From contig SVAX01000001.1 in NCBI GenBank assembly GCA_015059155.1, positions 90,247-154,246 of the forward strand: a stretch of 64,000 nucleotides of DNA. The letters are read 5' to 3'. Shown here one piece after another: positions 33,016-42,740 of this stretch. The position numbers were made by a program, and so were the translations under genes. The notes under the pieces were generated by a model. That model was given only the letters and a program-made list of their open reading frames with translations, did no database searches and was not told the origin of the DNA. The stretch comes from Bacillota bacterium. Its GTDB lineage: Bacteria; Bacillota_I; Bacilli_A; RF39; UBA660. Within the stretch, counting starts at the first letter, position 1, and every line of letters begins with the position of its first letter.

Positions 33016-33174
33016 ACCTAATCGCTTAAAGTACTATATATTATATATTTTTTAGTGTTTTTTTACAATATTTTGCCGCTTTTTTCTATAATTTTTAATA
33101 TAAAATTTTAAATTTCTTGACTTTTTTCTTATAATAAGTGATTAATACAATACCTTTTGAAAGGAGGTATTTAT

Positions 33175-33435
33175 GTGAAAGCTAAAGAAATATTAAATAT
33201 ATTAGCTACTCCTTGGTGTTCTAATCAAGATATTATGAAAATTGTTAATGTATCCTCTTCTACTGCTAGTAAAATTAAAAGATGTATTGAAATTGAATTT
33301 AGAAAGAAGTATCCAGACAAGTTTATGCCTGCACATTGTGTTCCAACTAAGGATGTAATTAAATACTTTGATATTGATATTGAATTTCTAAAGAGCTTAG
33401 CCTCTATTGATTTAGATGATATTGATAAAAAATAA
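33175..33435 (+). CDS. Small excisionase/MerR-like HTH protein (86 aa)
   Basis: GTG start 7 nt after AAGGAGG; the track's TTG start at 33157 contains that RBS. ILNILATPWCSNQDIMKIVNVSSSTASKIKRCIE looks like a winged HTH of the Xis/AlpA type (inference). Confidence 0.45.
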   Translation: MKAKEILNILATPWCSNQDIMKIVNVSSSTASKIKRCIEIEFRKKYPDKFMPAHCVPTKDVIKYFDIDIEFLKSLASIDLDDIDKK

Positions 33436-33455
33436 AAGTCCAGGACTTCCTGAAC

Positions 33456-34346
33456 TTATTTCTTATTTACAATTAAGGATTGCTTAATTAAAGGAATAAC
33501 GTTATCTATATCTTTTTCAGAATCAATCATTACCCAATAATCACCATTGCCCCAATGTCCTACTGTACTTATATCTCTTGTTATATTTAAAGGATCTTCT
33601 AAAGTTCCTTTTTTCATGTTTATATATACTCTTATTTCATTCTTCTTAAATGCTATATCTATTATGTTTGTTGCACCTTTAAATGCTATATACATTTTTT
33701 TGACTTCAATATCTATATCATCTAATTGTAATACTCTTTCTTTTAGAATTTCATATAATCTTTTAACTTCATCAGACACATTAGAAAAATGGTCATCCTC
33801 TGTATATACTTTTATTTCTTTAGTTACTGATGCACTGTTATCAATTTTTACTTCTTCTATTTTTACATTACTTGTTTTTTGTATATGTTCTATATCAACT
33901 ATATTATCTTCATATCTTGTAACTTTATATAAGTCTACTGGTATATTTTTAAAATCTGTTGCATTAAGTTGATAAGATGTGAATACTGGAGATACAAATA
34001 TTATTCTTGATTGGCTCCAATCAACATCATTTATATTTATATATTTATTTAATTTCAAATTATATTGAAGAACAAAATCAGCTTTTCTTTCTAATAACAA
34101 TTTTAAATATGTATATCCTTGATCTACTAAACTATGATTTTTAACATTTTTATATTCAATTATCTTAAATGAATTAGTTTCTTCATCAAATGCAACTGTA
34201 TCTAATCTAAAGCTTCCAACCACGAATTCAGTTGCAACAAATTCTAAACCAAGTATTTCTTTTAAATGTTCTTCAAAATAAGTTTGAAGTTCTTTTTCAT
34301 TAACAAAATCTTTTTCTTTTAACTTTTCATTATTTTTTAATATCAT
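33456..34346 (-). CDS. PD-(D/E)xK (NucS/DUF91-like) nuclease domain fused to a DUF5655-like C-terminal domain
   Basis: N-terminal half: E..LQ..FEEHLKEILGLEFVATEFVVGSFRLDTVAFDEETNSFKIIEYK..........QGYTYL. C-terminal half: MYIAFKG...IDIAF.....RVYINMK...EDP...RDIS.VGHWGNGDYWV. Domain names are from memory. Confidence 0.5.
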   Translation of the reverse strand: MILKNNEKLKEKDFVNEKELQTYFEEHLKEILGLEFVATEFVVGSFRLDTVAFDEETNSFKIIEYKNVKNHSLVDQGYTYLKLLLERKADFVLQYNLKLNKYININDVDWSQSRIIFVSPVFTSYQLNATDFKNIPVDLYKVTRYEDNIVDIEHIQKTSNVKIEEVKIDNSASVTKEIKVYTEDDHFSNVSDEVKRLYEILKERVLQLDDIDIEVKKMYIAFKGATNIIDIAFKKNEIRVYINMKKGTLEDPLNITRDISTVGHWGNGDYWVMIDSEKDIDNVIPLIKQSLIVNKK

Positions 34347-34463
34347 TTTTATCACCAAAGTACTTCCTTCAATTACAATTATAACATAAATTATTATGAT
34401 TTTTATTTAGACTAATGTGATTCTAACAATTTGCGTAATAAAAAATCTAGATTTCTCTAGATT

Positions 34464-35186
34464 TTAACACATTTTATTATCATTAAGTATTTTATTCAAG
34501 GAATTATAATATTGCTCCCATTTAGGACAATAATAATCCATCAGTTCTCTAAAATGATCATTATGTTTTTTTTCGATCAAATGTAATAATTCATGTATAA
34601 TAACATATTTTATTTCTGAATCATTCTTTTTAGCTAAATCAACATTAAATATTAATGATTTCTTTTCACTATTACAACTACCCCATTTATTTTTCATTTT
34701 TCTAATACTATACCCTTCACTTTTAACTTCTATTAAATTTTCTAATTCAGGCAAGTATTTATTAATTTTAATAGATAATTGTTCTTTATAGAAAGAATTC
34801 ATAAGTTTTTCTTTATTTTCAACACTTGATGATTTTCTCACATACATAACTAATGATTTAGTATTTTCTATTTTTACAGAAGGTGCATTTGAATCAACAA
34901 CTTTTAATAGGTATCTTTTACCATTTAAGTAATGATCCTCACCTGATATGTATCTTCTTTTTGTTAATCGTATTTGCTCTTCATATTTTTTTAATCTTTC
35001 TTTTATCCATTCTTCTTTTGATATAACCATTCTTTTAATGGTCGCTATCTCCATTTTTTCTGGAACTGAAGCCTTAATTTGTAAATTAGGATAAACACGC
35101 AAATTTATATTTTTAACTTTTTTTCTTTGTATATCTACATTAAAACCATTAATAAGCATATTTAATATCCTCTTGTATTTTTCCAT
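34464..35186 (-). CDS. M48/DUF45 (YgjP-like) zinc metallopeptidase associated with the type I R-M operon
   Basis: HELLH motif (VIIHELLHLIEKKHNDHF). It abuts or overlaps the hsdR stop. The true start is possibly MLINGF at 35159. Confidence 0.7.
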   Translation of the reverse strand: MEKYKRILNMLINGFNVDIQRKKVKNINLRVYPNLQIKASVPEKMEIATIKRMVISKEEWIKERLKKYEEQIRLTKRRYISGEDHYLNGKRYLLKVVDSNAPSVKIENTKSLVMYVRKSSSVENKEKLMNSFYKEQLSIKINKYLPELENLIEVKSEGYSIRKMKNKWGSCNSEKKSLIFNVDLAKKNDSEIKYVIIHELLHLIEKKHNDHFRELMDYYCPKWEQYYNSLNKILNDNKMC

Positions 35187-38100
35187 AAATTAAAAATTTC
35201 ATCTATCTTGGATTCATCATTAACAATGGTTTTTATTAAAAATTTTACTTCCCTTTGCTTCATTTTAGAATCCATAAAATCCTTTGGCACAGAACTTATC
35301 AATGCATCGTACAATAATAGAGTGTCTTCTTCATTTTTATCTAAAACGTCATATAATCCTCTTAATCTTACATTATGTATTGATGATGGATATTCTCCAC
35401 TTGTTTCAGGATTTTTAACTTTCATAACAAGATCAACTAAATGTTTTATATAATCTTGATAATCTAAATTTTGATCTTTTTTCATATCGATTAATTCTTT
35501 TAGTAATTCAGACATTTTATTATAATATCTAGGATTTATTGGTGTATTGTTAATAATTGTTGAAGCAATGTTTGCCTCAATAGCTAAAGCAACAGACTTT
35601 TTATTCTTTCTAACATTATTTGGTAATGTTTGTGTTGCCTTTTCTATTCCGCTTGCAACTATTACATCCAACAAAGTGGCCTCATCCAACTTATATTGTA
35701 GTTCTGATGCATCAGCATTTATATAATTATCAATCATATATCTCATAGCACCATCATAATTTTTTAATTCAATATAATCTCCTGCAGCCTTCATAACTTC
35801 ATCTCGTGCTGAATTATAAAAATCAACTTGTTCTTTGATAGATTTACTAGCTTCTTTTGTGTAACCGGCTTTTGTCATTTCATCAGCAATATTTGTATAT
35901 GCAATAACTAAATTAGATACAGCATTATAAAATTCAATTCTTTTGCTTTCTGTAGCTTTTAATTGTTCTTCACGAGATTCGTCTATACTCAATTCTTGAC
36001 CAACAAAATGATGCAAAAATTCAAGAGTACCTTTTGGCTCATCAATTGGTTCACAAATAACTTTTACTTGTTTTAATGCATTATCAAGTCTACTCTTGCA
36101 AAATTCCAATCTATTTTTTAATAATCCTGTAATATCTTCTTTTTCAAAATTATCAAATGCACCTGAGGTATAATCCTCAACAGCTCCTTCTATACTTTCA
36201 AACAAGTCCTTATAATCAACAATGTATCCTAAATCTTTATCCTTATCCAATCTATTAACGCGACATATTGCTTGGAACAACCCATGATCTTGCATCTTTT
36301 TATCAATATATAGATATGTTGCAGATGGTGCATCAAATCCTGTTAATAACCTATCAACAACTATTAACAATTTCATTTCTGATGGAACATTTATAAACTT
36401 ATAAATCGCATCATCTTCAAAACAACTTGAATGTTCGTCATGTTCCGAATCACTTCTAAGTTTTGGATATTTAGCTTTGTTCCACATTTTTTCATAAACA
36501 TCATATATTTTTTGTTTATCAGATAATGTAAATTCTCCTGTAGATTCACCTTTTATATCTGCGATATATGGTGAATAAGATGAAACTATTGCACATTTAG
36601 TAAATCCTTTTGCTTGAAATATTTCCCAATATCTACAAGCTTCATATATTGAACTAGCAACAAGTATCGCCGTTCCTTTCCCTTCTGCCAATCTTGATAT
36701 TTTTTCAAAATCAAAAATTATATCTTTTACGATTTCTTCTAATCTAGATTCAGAACTTGTTATATTTTGTAAAGTTCCCCATCTTTCTTTTAGTTTTTGT
36801 TTAGCAAATTCATTTAATCCTTCTGTTTTACTTTCAAACCATTCATCAATCTTTGCTGGATTATTTATTCTTTGTTCTACATTTCTAGATTCATAACATA
36901 AATCAACAACAATCCTATCTTTTACAGCTTGGTCAAATTTATAGGTGTGAATATATTTACCAAATTTTTCTAATGTTGTTGCTTTATTTTTCTTCATTAA
37001 TGGCGTTCCTGTAAAACCAATAAATGTTGCATCAGGTAACAATCTTTTCATTTCATCATGTAACATTCCTGCTTGACTACGATGGCACTCATCAACAAAA
37101 ACAAATATATTTCCTTTAGCTTTAAAATCATTATTTTTATATGCATTTAATTGTTTAATATAATCTGCATAGTCTTTATCGGAATCTTCATCTACTGATG
37201 CCCCAACCTTATGTATTAATGAGCATATTAAGTTACCACTACTGTAATCATTTAGAGATTCAAGCAAATTACTACAACTTGTAGCTCTATGTATCTTGGT
37301 TTCTCCAGTATTAACAAATACATCTTTTATTTGTTTATCCAATTCTTTTCTATCTGTAAATATTACTACCCTTGAATCATCTACATTAGATAATATCCAT
37401 TTTGCCAATAATACCATTGACAAAGATTTTCCTGATCCTTGAGTATGCCAAATGATACCGCCTTCATTTCTTTGAACAAATTCTCTAGCATTTGTTACAC
37501 CAAAATATTGATTATATCTTGGCACCTTTTTAATTCCACTATCAAATAAAATGAAATTATCAATTAAATCTATTAATCTCTCTTTTTCAAATAATGAAGG
37601 TATTTGTTGATCTATTAGAAAATCACTTGTATCTATTAATCTTTTCACTTTTTCATGTAATTTTCCTACGGCATGTATATCTTCAATCCATGGTAAATAA
37701 TATTTTGCTGGAGTTTTTGTTGTCGCATATTTTAATCCTTCTGTATCATTTCCAGCAACTAATAATTGAACTGTTGTAAAGAATCTTTCTATAAATCTAG
37801 GATCTTGATTATCTAAGTTTTGTCTAATTCCTTCATTTATAGAGACAGTACTTCTTTTTAATTCGATAACCGCTAAAGCAATACCATTTATATATACAAC
37901 TATATCTGGTCTTTTTTCATTTTGTCCTTTTACAGTTACCTCTTCAGCTACGTAGAAATCATTGTTGGAAAAATCATTATAATCAATAAAGTATACCTTT
38001 TCATCTTTTTCGCCAACATATAATGATATTCCTTTTCCATACTTTAATATTTCATAAAACTCTTTATTAACCTCGTATAAAGATTTTGATTCATTATGAG

Positions 38101-38308
38101 CAATCTTCTTTAATTCGGCAATTGCTTTTTTTGATATTTCTTCTGAATATTTTTTTGTTAAAAATTTAAGTAATAAATCTTCTTCAATATTCGAATTGTT
38201 TTCTCTATCTTCATAATTACCTAGATAGGTATATTCCAACTTTTTTTCAAATACTTCATGCAATATTCGTTCTTGAGTTTTTATTTCTTTTTCATTAACT
38301 CCACTCAT
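35162..38308 (-). CDS. hsdR: Type I restriction endonuclease subunit R
   Basis: N-terminal PD-(D/E)xK (PDIVVYINGIALAVIELK), helicase motif I HTQGSGKS, motif II FVFVDECHRSQ and FIGFTGTP. The likely start MSGVNE follows AAGGAG. Confidence 0.9.
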   Translation of the reverse strand: MSGVNEKEIKTQERILHEVFEKKLEYTYLGNYEDRENNSNIEEDLLLKFLTKKYSEEISKKAIAELKKIAHNESKSLYEVNKEFYEILKYGKGISLYVGEKDEKVYFIDYNDFSNNDFYVAEEVTVKGQNEKRPDIVVYINGIALAVIELKRSTVSINEGIRQNLDNQDPRFIERFFTTVQLLVAGNDTEGLKYATTKTPAKYYLPWIEDIHAVGKLHEKVKRLIDTSDFLIDQQIPSLFEKERLIDLIDNFILFDSGIKKVPRYNQYFGVTNAREFVQRNEGGIIWHTQGSGKSLSMVLLAKWILSNVDDSRVVIFTDRKELDKQIKDVFVNTGETKIHRATSCSNLLESLNDYSSGNLICSLIHKVGASVDEDSDKDYADYIKQLNAYKNNDFKAKGNIFVFVDECHRSQAGMLHDEMKRLLPDATFIGFTGTPLMKKNKATTLEKFGKYIHTYKFDQAVKDRIVVDLCYESRNVEQRINNPAKIDEWFESKTEGLNEFAKQKLKERWGTLQNITSSESRLEEIVKDIIFDFEKISRLAEGKGTAILVASSIYEACRYWEIFQAKGFTKCAIVSSYSPYIADIKGESTGEFTLSDKQKIYDVYEKMWNKAKYPKLRSDSEHDEHSSCFEDDAIYKFINVPSEMKLLIVVDRLLTGFDAPSATYLYIDKKMQDHGLFQAICRVNRLDKDKDLGYIVDYKDLFESIEGAVEDYTSGAFDNFEKEDITGLLKNRLEFCKSRLDNALKQVKVICEPIDEPKGTLEFLHHFVGQELSIDESREEQLKATESKRIEFYNAVSNLVIAYTNIADEMTKAGYTKEASKSIKEQVDFYNSARDEVMKAAGDYIELKNYDGAMRYMIDNYINADASELQYKLDEATLLDVIVASGIEKATQTLPNNVRKNKKSVALAIEANIASTIINNTPINPRYYNKMSELLKELIDMKKDQNLDYQDYIKHLVDLVMKVKNPETSGEYPSSIHNVRLRGLYDVLDKNEEDTLLLYDALISSVPKDFMDSKMKQREVKFLIKTIVNDESKIDEIFNLWKNTRGY

Positions 38309-38321
38309 AAGAATCTCCTTC

Positions 38322-39557
38322 CTATACAAACATATCATTTAATAATGATTGCTTAATTTTATTTAATTTATCGTGCTTACGTTGATGAAGAGTGATAAGG
38401 TTATCTATACTTATAAATAGTTGAGATATTATTTTTTGTTCTTCTAATGTTGGAATCATTAGATCTTCTTTTTTTACTGCATTATATTGCAAATGTACTA
38501 TTGTTAAACCTTGTGCTTGTTTTGCAAATGAATGCTTTACAGGTATAAAATTATTAATATAATATGATATAAAATTTCCATCTATATTTTTATAAGGCCT
38601 AATTCCAAACAAATCCCCGCCAACCATTATATTTTCTTGATTAATGCATGATGGAGCGATAAGAGAAACACTATCTACAGTAGTTGATGTGGGAAATAAA
38701 ATATCATTAACCTCAGTTTTAGTTGCTTCTCTATTTGTTCTAGATTTAACGTTAAAAATTCTTTCATTAAATTTAGTATATAGATCACCATATAGAACAC
38801 ATTTATACTTTCCATCTTCAATTAAATCAGCATATCCTAAAGTTCTTGTTGAAAAATTATCACCTATTTCTTCTAACTTACGTTGTTCCCAATCATCAGT
38901 AAATCCTTTAAATCTAATTTCAGGAATAACTGAATTATTTTGAGGGAACATTTTTTCCAATAAAGACTTTTTTAGTTCTATAAGTTTATCATACTTACGT
39001 TGATGAAGAGTGATAAGGTTATCTAAACTATCTAACATAGTACCTATTTTATGTGCCTCTGTATCCTCTGGATAAGATATTTCAAAGTTACTTACTTGTT
39101 CTAATGATAGATTTGGCTGTGCTCCAATAGTTGGATTTTTCTTTATAAAATCAGATATAGCCTTACCCTTTAAGAACGTTTTAATATAATTTAAATCACA
39201 TTCTTTCAATCTTATTATTGCTAAAGCTTGATTGGTATTAGCAGGTAAAATTTCTTTATTTATAAGGCTCACACGGCCTAGTGTCCCTGCAATAGAAAAT
39301 AATAAATCGTTTTCTTTTAATTGAGATCTTCTTAAATATCCATTATGTTCTTCTTCAGTTATTTTTGTAGTTGATTCAATAAGTCCGGTACTTGGATTAA
39401 TATTTTCTATTTTAATAAAATTAATATCTCCATTTCCAGATTTATCTAAAGGAGTTGTTCCTTTTGTGATAATTGATGTAATATCTTTTAACTTACGTTG
39501 TTCCCAATCATCAGTAAATCCTTTGAATCTAATTTTTGGCTTTAATTCATTATTCAT
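38322..39557 (-). CDS. hsdS: Type I R-M specificity subunit S (two target-recognition domains)
   Basis: Duplicated conserved regions IRFKGFTDDWEQRKL (twice) and LITLHQRK(Y/H)DKL (twice) flank two divergent TRDs. Confidence 0.9.
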   Translation of the reverse strand: MNNELKPKIRFKGFTDDWEQRKLKDITSIITKGTTPLDKSGNGDINFIKIENINPSTGLIESTTKITEEEHNGYLRRSQLKENDLLFSIAGTLGRVSLINKEILPANTNQALAIIRLKECDLNYIKTFLKGKAISDFIKKNPTIGAQPNLSLEQVSNFEISYPEDTEAHKIGTMLDSLDNLITLHQRKYDKLIELKKSLLEKMFPQNNSVIPEIRFKGFTDDWEQRKLEEIGDNFSTRTLGYADLIEDGKYKCVLYGDLYTKFNERIFNVKSRTNREATKTEVNDILFPTSTTVDSVSLIAPSCINQENIMVGGDLFGIRPYKNIDGNFISYYINNFIPVKHSFAKQAQGLTIVHLQYNAVKKEDLMIPTLEEQKIISQLFISIDNLITLHQRKHDKLNKIKQSLLNDMFV

Positions 39558-42006
39558 TGGCATCACCACCAAGTTGATTAATGAATTCGCTGAATGCTTT
39601 TAAGTCATCATCATCTCCGACTAAATCTTTTAATAATGAAGATAGTTCTTTTTCTTTTTCTTCTATTTCATTATTTAAATCTGTAAGAGTTGATTCATAT
39701 TCATCATCTAAATTTGTAATACCGTTTGCTAAGTTGTTAATTAAATTACTCATGCAAGTATTAAATTTATTTTCTATAGATTCAAACCATTTATCATAAA
39801 CTATGATATTTTTACTTTCTTCTTCAGTTAAAGAATTATATTTTTTAATAACTTTATCATTTAATAATTCTTGTTTATCTTTTATTTTTTTCTTTAATTC
39901 TTTTTGTTCAGATAAGTTATTTAATAAATTGTTAATTAATTCTATATCCTTATCCTCTACTTCTTTTTTCAAATCTTTTAATGCTTTTTCATTAACCTTT
40001 TCGTCATCATTAAATAATTGTTCATCACCTGTATTTTCTTCAACAATACCATCAAAATCAGATATTAAATTATTTAACTTATTATTTAATTCATTAATTT
40101 CATTATTTTCATTTTTAAAATATTTGTTTATAACAATATCTTTTGGTAACAATTCAGAATCAAATTCATTTTTCTTTATATTACCTTTTTTATCTTTAGC
40201 AAATGTTAATGATGGAATCCATCCATTATCAGTTACCATATATAAATCATCTTTAAATGTTTCTTCATAATATTTCATCAGATATTCATAAGCATCATAT
40301 TTATTAATTAAAATATCATCATTAAATATTTCTAATAGTTTATCTGATATTGTTTCAATTAATTCTTTTACTCTTATAGTATTGTCTAAGTTCAATAATT
40401 TGTCTTCAATATCTTTTTCCCATGATTTAATTCTTGTTCTAACTGTTTCAAAATAATCATTTATTTCATTAGATTGTTTTATTATTTCAGATATATTATC
40501 TTTATCAACATTTAAATTGTAATAACCTTTTTTAGAATTATTTGAGAATAACTCATTCTTTAAATTAGGAGCTACTTTCCAATAATTATCAAATCCATTA
40601 ACATCTATCACAGGAATTCCGCCTAACAAATGAGCTTTTAAATCTGGTTTCATTTCTTCAACAGATGCATCAACATATCTAGGAATATTTAAGTTATACT
40701 CTTCCGCTTCAATATCTTCTATCGGAATGTTCTTAGAATATTTATCTTCTTCTATCCTTCCAGTATATATATCTATTATTTTCTTTATATCTTGTTCTCT
40801 TAATTTATTTTTATTACCATCTTTAACAAAATTCTTGCTTGCATCAATAATAAATACATTTTTTCTATAAGGCGCATCCTTCTTATCTAGTACAATAATA
40901 CATGCAGGAATTCCTGTTCCATAGAATAAGTTAGCAGGCAATCCAATAATTCCTTCAATATATCCTTTTTTTATAAGATTTGTTCTTATAAGTTCTTCTT
41001 GTCCACCTCTAAATAAAACCCCGTGAGGTAATATTATTGCAGCTCTACCATGATCTGGATCCATAGATTTTAACATATGCAATAAGAAAGCATAATCTGC
41101 ACATCCTTCTGGTGGCATACCAAATCCAGTAAATCTATCATATGTCTCTTCTAAGTCTGTACTCCATTTTTTTACCGAGAAAGGAGGATTCGCTACACAA
41201 AAGTCAAATGTCATAAGTCTTCCATTTTCTAAAAGTTGAGGATTAGTTAAAGTATTACCGTTTGTAATTCTTGCTGTTTCATTCCCATGTAAAAACATAT
41301 TCATAACACAAAGTCCAGTTGTATTAGCATCTTTTTCTTGCCCATATAAACGAGCAATTTTTCCCTTACCAACTTCTGCGCCTGCTTTTAACAATAACGA
41401 TCCTGAACCACAAGTCATATCGTATATAAGGACATTTTTATCTGTATCATTTTTCTTGAAACTTGAAATATTTAAAATTTTTGCCATAATTCTAGAAACT
41501 TCAGATGGAGTATAAAATTGACCTTTACTCTTTCCGGCTTCACTAGCAAATTTCTTCATTAAGTATTCATAAGCATCACCAAGAATATCATCATCATCAG
41601 CTCTATTATTACTAAAATCCAAATCTTTATCTTGGAATATTTCGATTAGTCCAGTTAATGCATCTACCATATCCTTGCCTTTTCCAAGCTTATTTTCATC
41701 ATTAAAATCTACAACGTCTATAATGCCTTGTAGGTCATTCTCTTCTGCAATTTTAGCTAATATTGTATTAAATTCTTCTCCTATATTCTTCTTACCTTTT
41801 AAAGATATCATTGTATTAAAATTGGCATCATTAGGAACTTCAATTAATGAATTTTCTTTTCCATAATATTTATCAGTAATAACTTTCATAAATAAAACGA
41901 TTAACACATAATCCTTATATTGTGTAGCATCCATTCCACCCTTACTTCTTAACGTATTACAACTATCCCATAATTTACTATATAATGAACTTTTTTTAAC
42001 AGCCAT
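39550..42006 (-). CDS. hsdM: Type I R-M methyltransferase subunit M with a ~300 aa coiled-coil C-terminal extension
   Basis: HsdM_N region, AdoMet motif YDMTCGSGSLL and catalytic NPPF (CVANPPFSVKKW). The C-terminal third is E/K/N/L-rich. Confidence 0.9.
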   Translation of the reverse strand: MAVKKSSLYSKLWDSCNTLRSKGGMDATQYKDYVLIVLFMKVITDKYYGKENSLIEVPNDANFNTMISLKGKKNIGEEFNTILAKIAEENDLQGIIDVVDFNDENKLGKGKDMVDALTGLIEIFQDKDLDFSNNRADDDDILGDAYEYLMKKFASEAGKSKGQFYTPSEVSRIMAKILNISSFKKNDTDKNVLIYDMTCGSGSLLLKAGAEVGKGKIARLYGQEKDANTTGLCVMNMFLHGNETARITNGNTLTNPQLLENGRLMTFDFCVANPPFSVKKWSTDLEETYDRFTGFGMPPEGCADYAFLLHMLKSMDPDHGRAAIILPHGVLFRGGQEELIRTNLIKKGYIEGIIGLPANLFYGTGIPACIIVLDKKDAPYRKNVFIIDASKNFVKDGNKNKLREQDIKKIIDIYTGRIEEDKYSKNIPIEDIEAEEYNLNIPRYVDASVEEMKPDLKAHLLGGIPVIDVNGFDNYWKVAPNLKNELFSNNSKKGYYNLNVDKDNISEIIKQSNEINDYFETVRTRIKSWEKDIEDKLLNLDNTIRVKELIETISDKLLEIFNDDILINKYDAYEYLMKYYEETFKDDLYMVTDNGWIPSLTFAKDKKGNIKKNEFDSELLPKDIVINKYFKNENNEINELNNKLNNLISDFDGIVEENTGDEQLFNDDEKVNEKALKDLKKEVEDKDIELINNLLNNLSEQKELKKKIKDKQELLNDKVIKKYNSLTEEESKNIIVYDKWFESIENKFNTCMSNLINNLANGITNLDDEYESTLTDLNNEIEEKEKELSSLLKDLVGDDDDLKAFSEFINQLGGDANE

Positions 42007-42212
42007 ATTCTTTTACCTCTACTTCCAAATTTCTCTCTTTATACACTTTTTAACATTATTAACATCAATAACAATTTCATATATAATTATAACATAAAAA
42101 TTACTAAAATTTAATTTTTGGCCGGATTTTCCATACAAATTTCACAATTTGATTAATACCACTTGCATTATTTTTATATTAGAGTGATTAATACAACAAC
42201 TTGGAGGTGTCT

Positions 42213-42542
42213 ATGATTAGAAAGACTACTAATGGAAATATTAGCGATGATGAATTTGAAGCTGTATTAAAACCTTTTCTTGATGACTATGATAATTTTA
42301 TTTACTCTTATGTAATGCCAGAAATAATTGCATACTACATAGCTAATTCGTTTAATAGAAATTCAATGTATTCTGGTACATTTAATCAACATTATAATTC
42401 TGCTAAAGACATGCTTAACTTATTTAATGAAGATTATGAAACTGTTAAGGCTGAAGTATTTAAATTATTAAAGATAAAATATGCTTTACTTGTTGTCAAT
42501 GAAAATCCATTAGAATTAAAAAGAATTGAGTATGAGTATTAA
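42213..42542 (+). CDS. Hypothetical protein (109 aa)
   Basis: ATG 5 nt after TGGAGGTG and no recognisable motif. It shares a 13-nt promoter-proximal motif with the gene at 33175. Confidence 0.45.
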   Translation: MIRKTTNGNISDDEFEAVLKPFLDDYDNFIYSYVMPEIIAYYIANSFNRNSMYSGTFNQHYNSAKDMLNLFNEDYETVKAEVFKLLKIKYALLVVNENPLELKRIEYEY

Positions 42543-42650
42543 TGCTTGTACTCTTTTTATTGTAGTAGTAATAGTACAATAAAATATTCTTTTCTTATTC
42601 TATTCCTTATCCATATTCTTATCCTTATCCTAGGAGGTCAATGATTATAG

Positions 42651-42704
42651 TTTGATTTTTATTTTGATTTTATTTTGATTTCTATTTGATTTTAATTTCA
42701 TTTT
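42651..42704. repeat. Five tandem ~11-bp repeats (consensus ATTTTGATTTT)
   Basis: TTTGATTTTT / ATTTTGATTTT / ATTTTGATTTC / TATTTGATTTT / AATTTCATTTT read directly from the sequence. One unit per helical turn. Confidence 0.7.
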
Positions 42705-42740
42705 CCAAAAAACTCACGGAAAACTAACAATTGTGTGAAT

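Noticed and set aside
38322-39572. A phase-variable hsdS shufflon.
   Set aside because: There are no additional partial hsdS copies or inverted hsdS repeats, and no dedicated recombinase adjacent to the operon. The internal direct repeats are the normal conserved regions of a two-TRD HsdS.
42631-42655. Homology between TAGGAGGTCAATG (mini-ORF MIIV) and the SD region of the 40-aa ORF at 32881-32895, which share GGAGGTCAAT.
   Set aside because: Only 10 nt match, most of it generic SD sequence, and the flanking similarity is weak. This is insufficient to claim a paralogous toxin locus.
42651-42704. CRISPR array.
   Set aside because: The units are 11 bp and directly abutting with no spacers, and there are no cas genes. 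This is a simple phased tandem repeat.
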